Shown one piece after another: positions 63,829 through 64,000 of a stretch of DNA of 64,000 nucleotides. A program made the translations under genes and the position numbers. Each line of letters begins with the position of its first letter. Position 1 is the stretch's first letter. Origin of the DNA: Eledone cirrhosa. Lineage: Eukaryota. The notes below the pieces were generated by a model that saw only the letters and a program-made list of their open reading frames with translations, was not told the origin of the DNA and made no database searches. The stretch is taken from positions 158,100,001-158,164,000 of the forward strand of contig OZ024743.1 in assembly GCA_964016885.1 (NCBI GenBank), given 5' to 3'.

Positions 63829-64000
63829 TCATCATCATCATTATAATCACCGTTTTACATCCATTCTTCCACGATAGCATGGGTTAGATGGGTTGTCTAT
63901 TGTGGGCAATGTTTGGTCAGCTGACCTTGTCTTGCTCATACAGGAACTGATTTTGGCTTGATTTCTACAGCTGGATGCCCTTTCTAACACCAACCTCATT
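63829..64000 (-). mobile_element. RTE 3' tail running off the window
   Basis: Paralogue of 62123-62280. Confidence 0.85.

Overview
Eukaryotic, AT-rich, repeat-dominated DNA. A cephalopod (Octopus-like) origin is inferred from the long (TA)n/(GATA)n tracts, the RTE LINEs with (ATG)n tails and the SINE types. Only one host gene is recognisable: an intronless EAPP-like ORF (34028-35044). The rest is nested mobile DNA: RTE, Tx1/L1, CR1 and CRE LINEs, several Penelope-like elements (PLEs), a Ty3/Gypsy element nested in a PLE, a Helitron, mariner/Tc1, hAT and piggyBac-like DNA elements, and tRNA-derived SINEs. The signal the ORF track misses is a dense set of type I hammerhead ribozyme (HHR) folds, about nine with an intact core plus several decayed ones. 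They sit in PLE ends, in fold-back palindromes, and in three unrelated non-coding units (about 420, 565 and 683 nt) inserted as longer-than-unit-length copies in microsatellites. This is a candidate retrozyme-like system mobilised by PLEs. All folds and alignments were done by eye, and TE boundaries are approximate unless stated.
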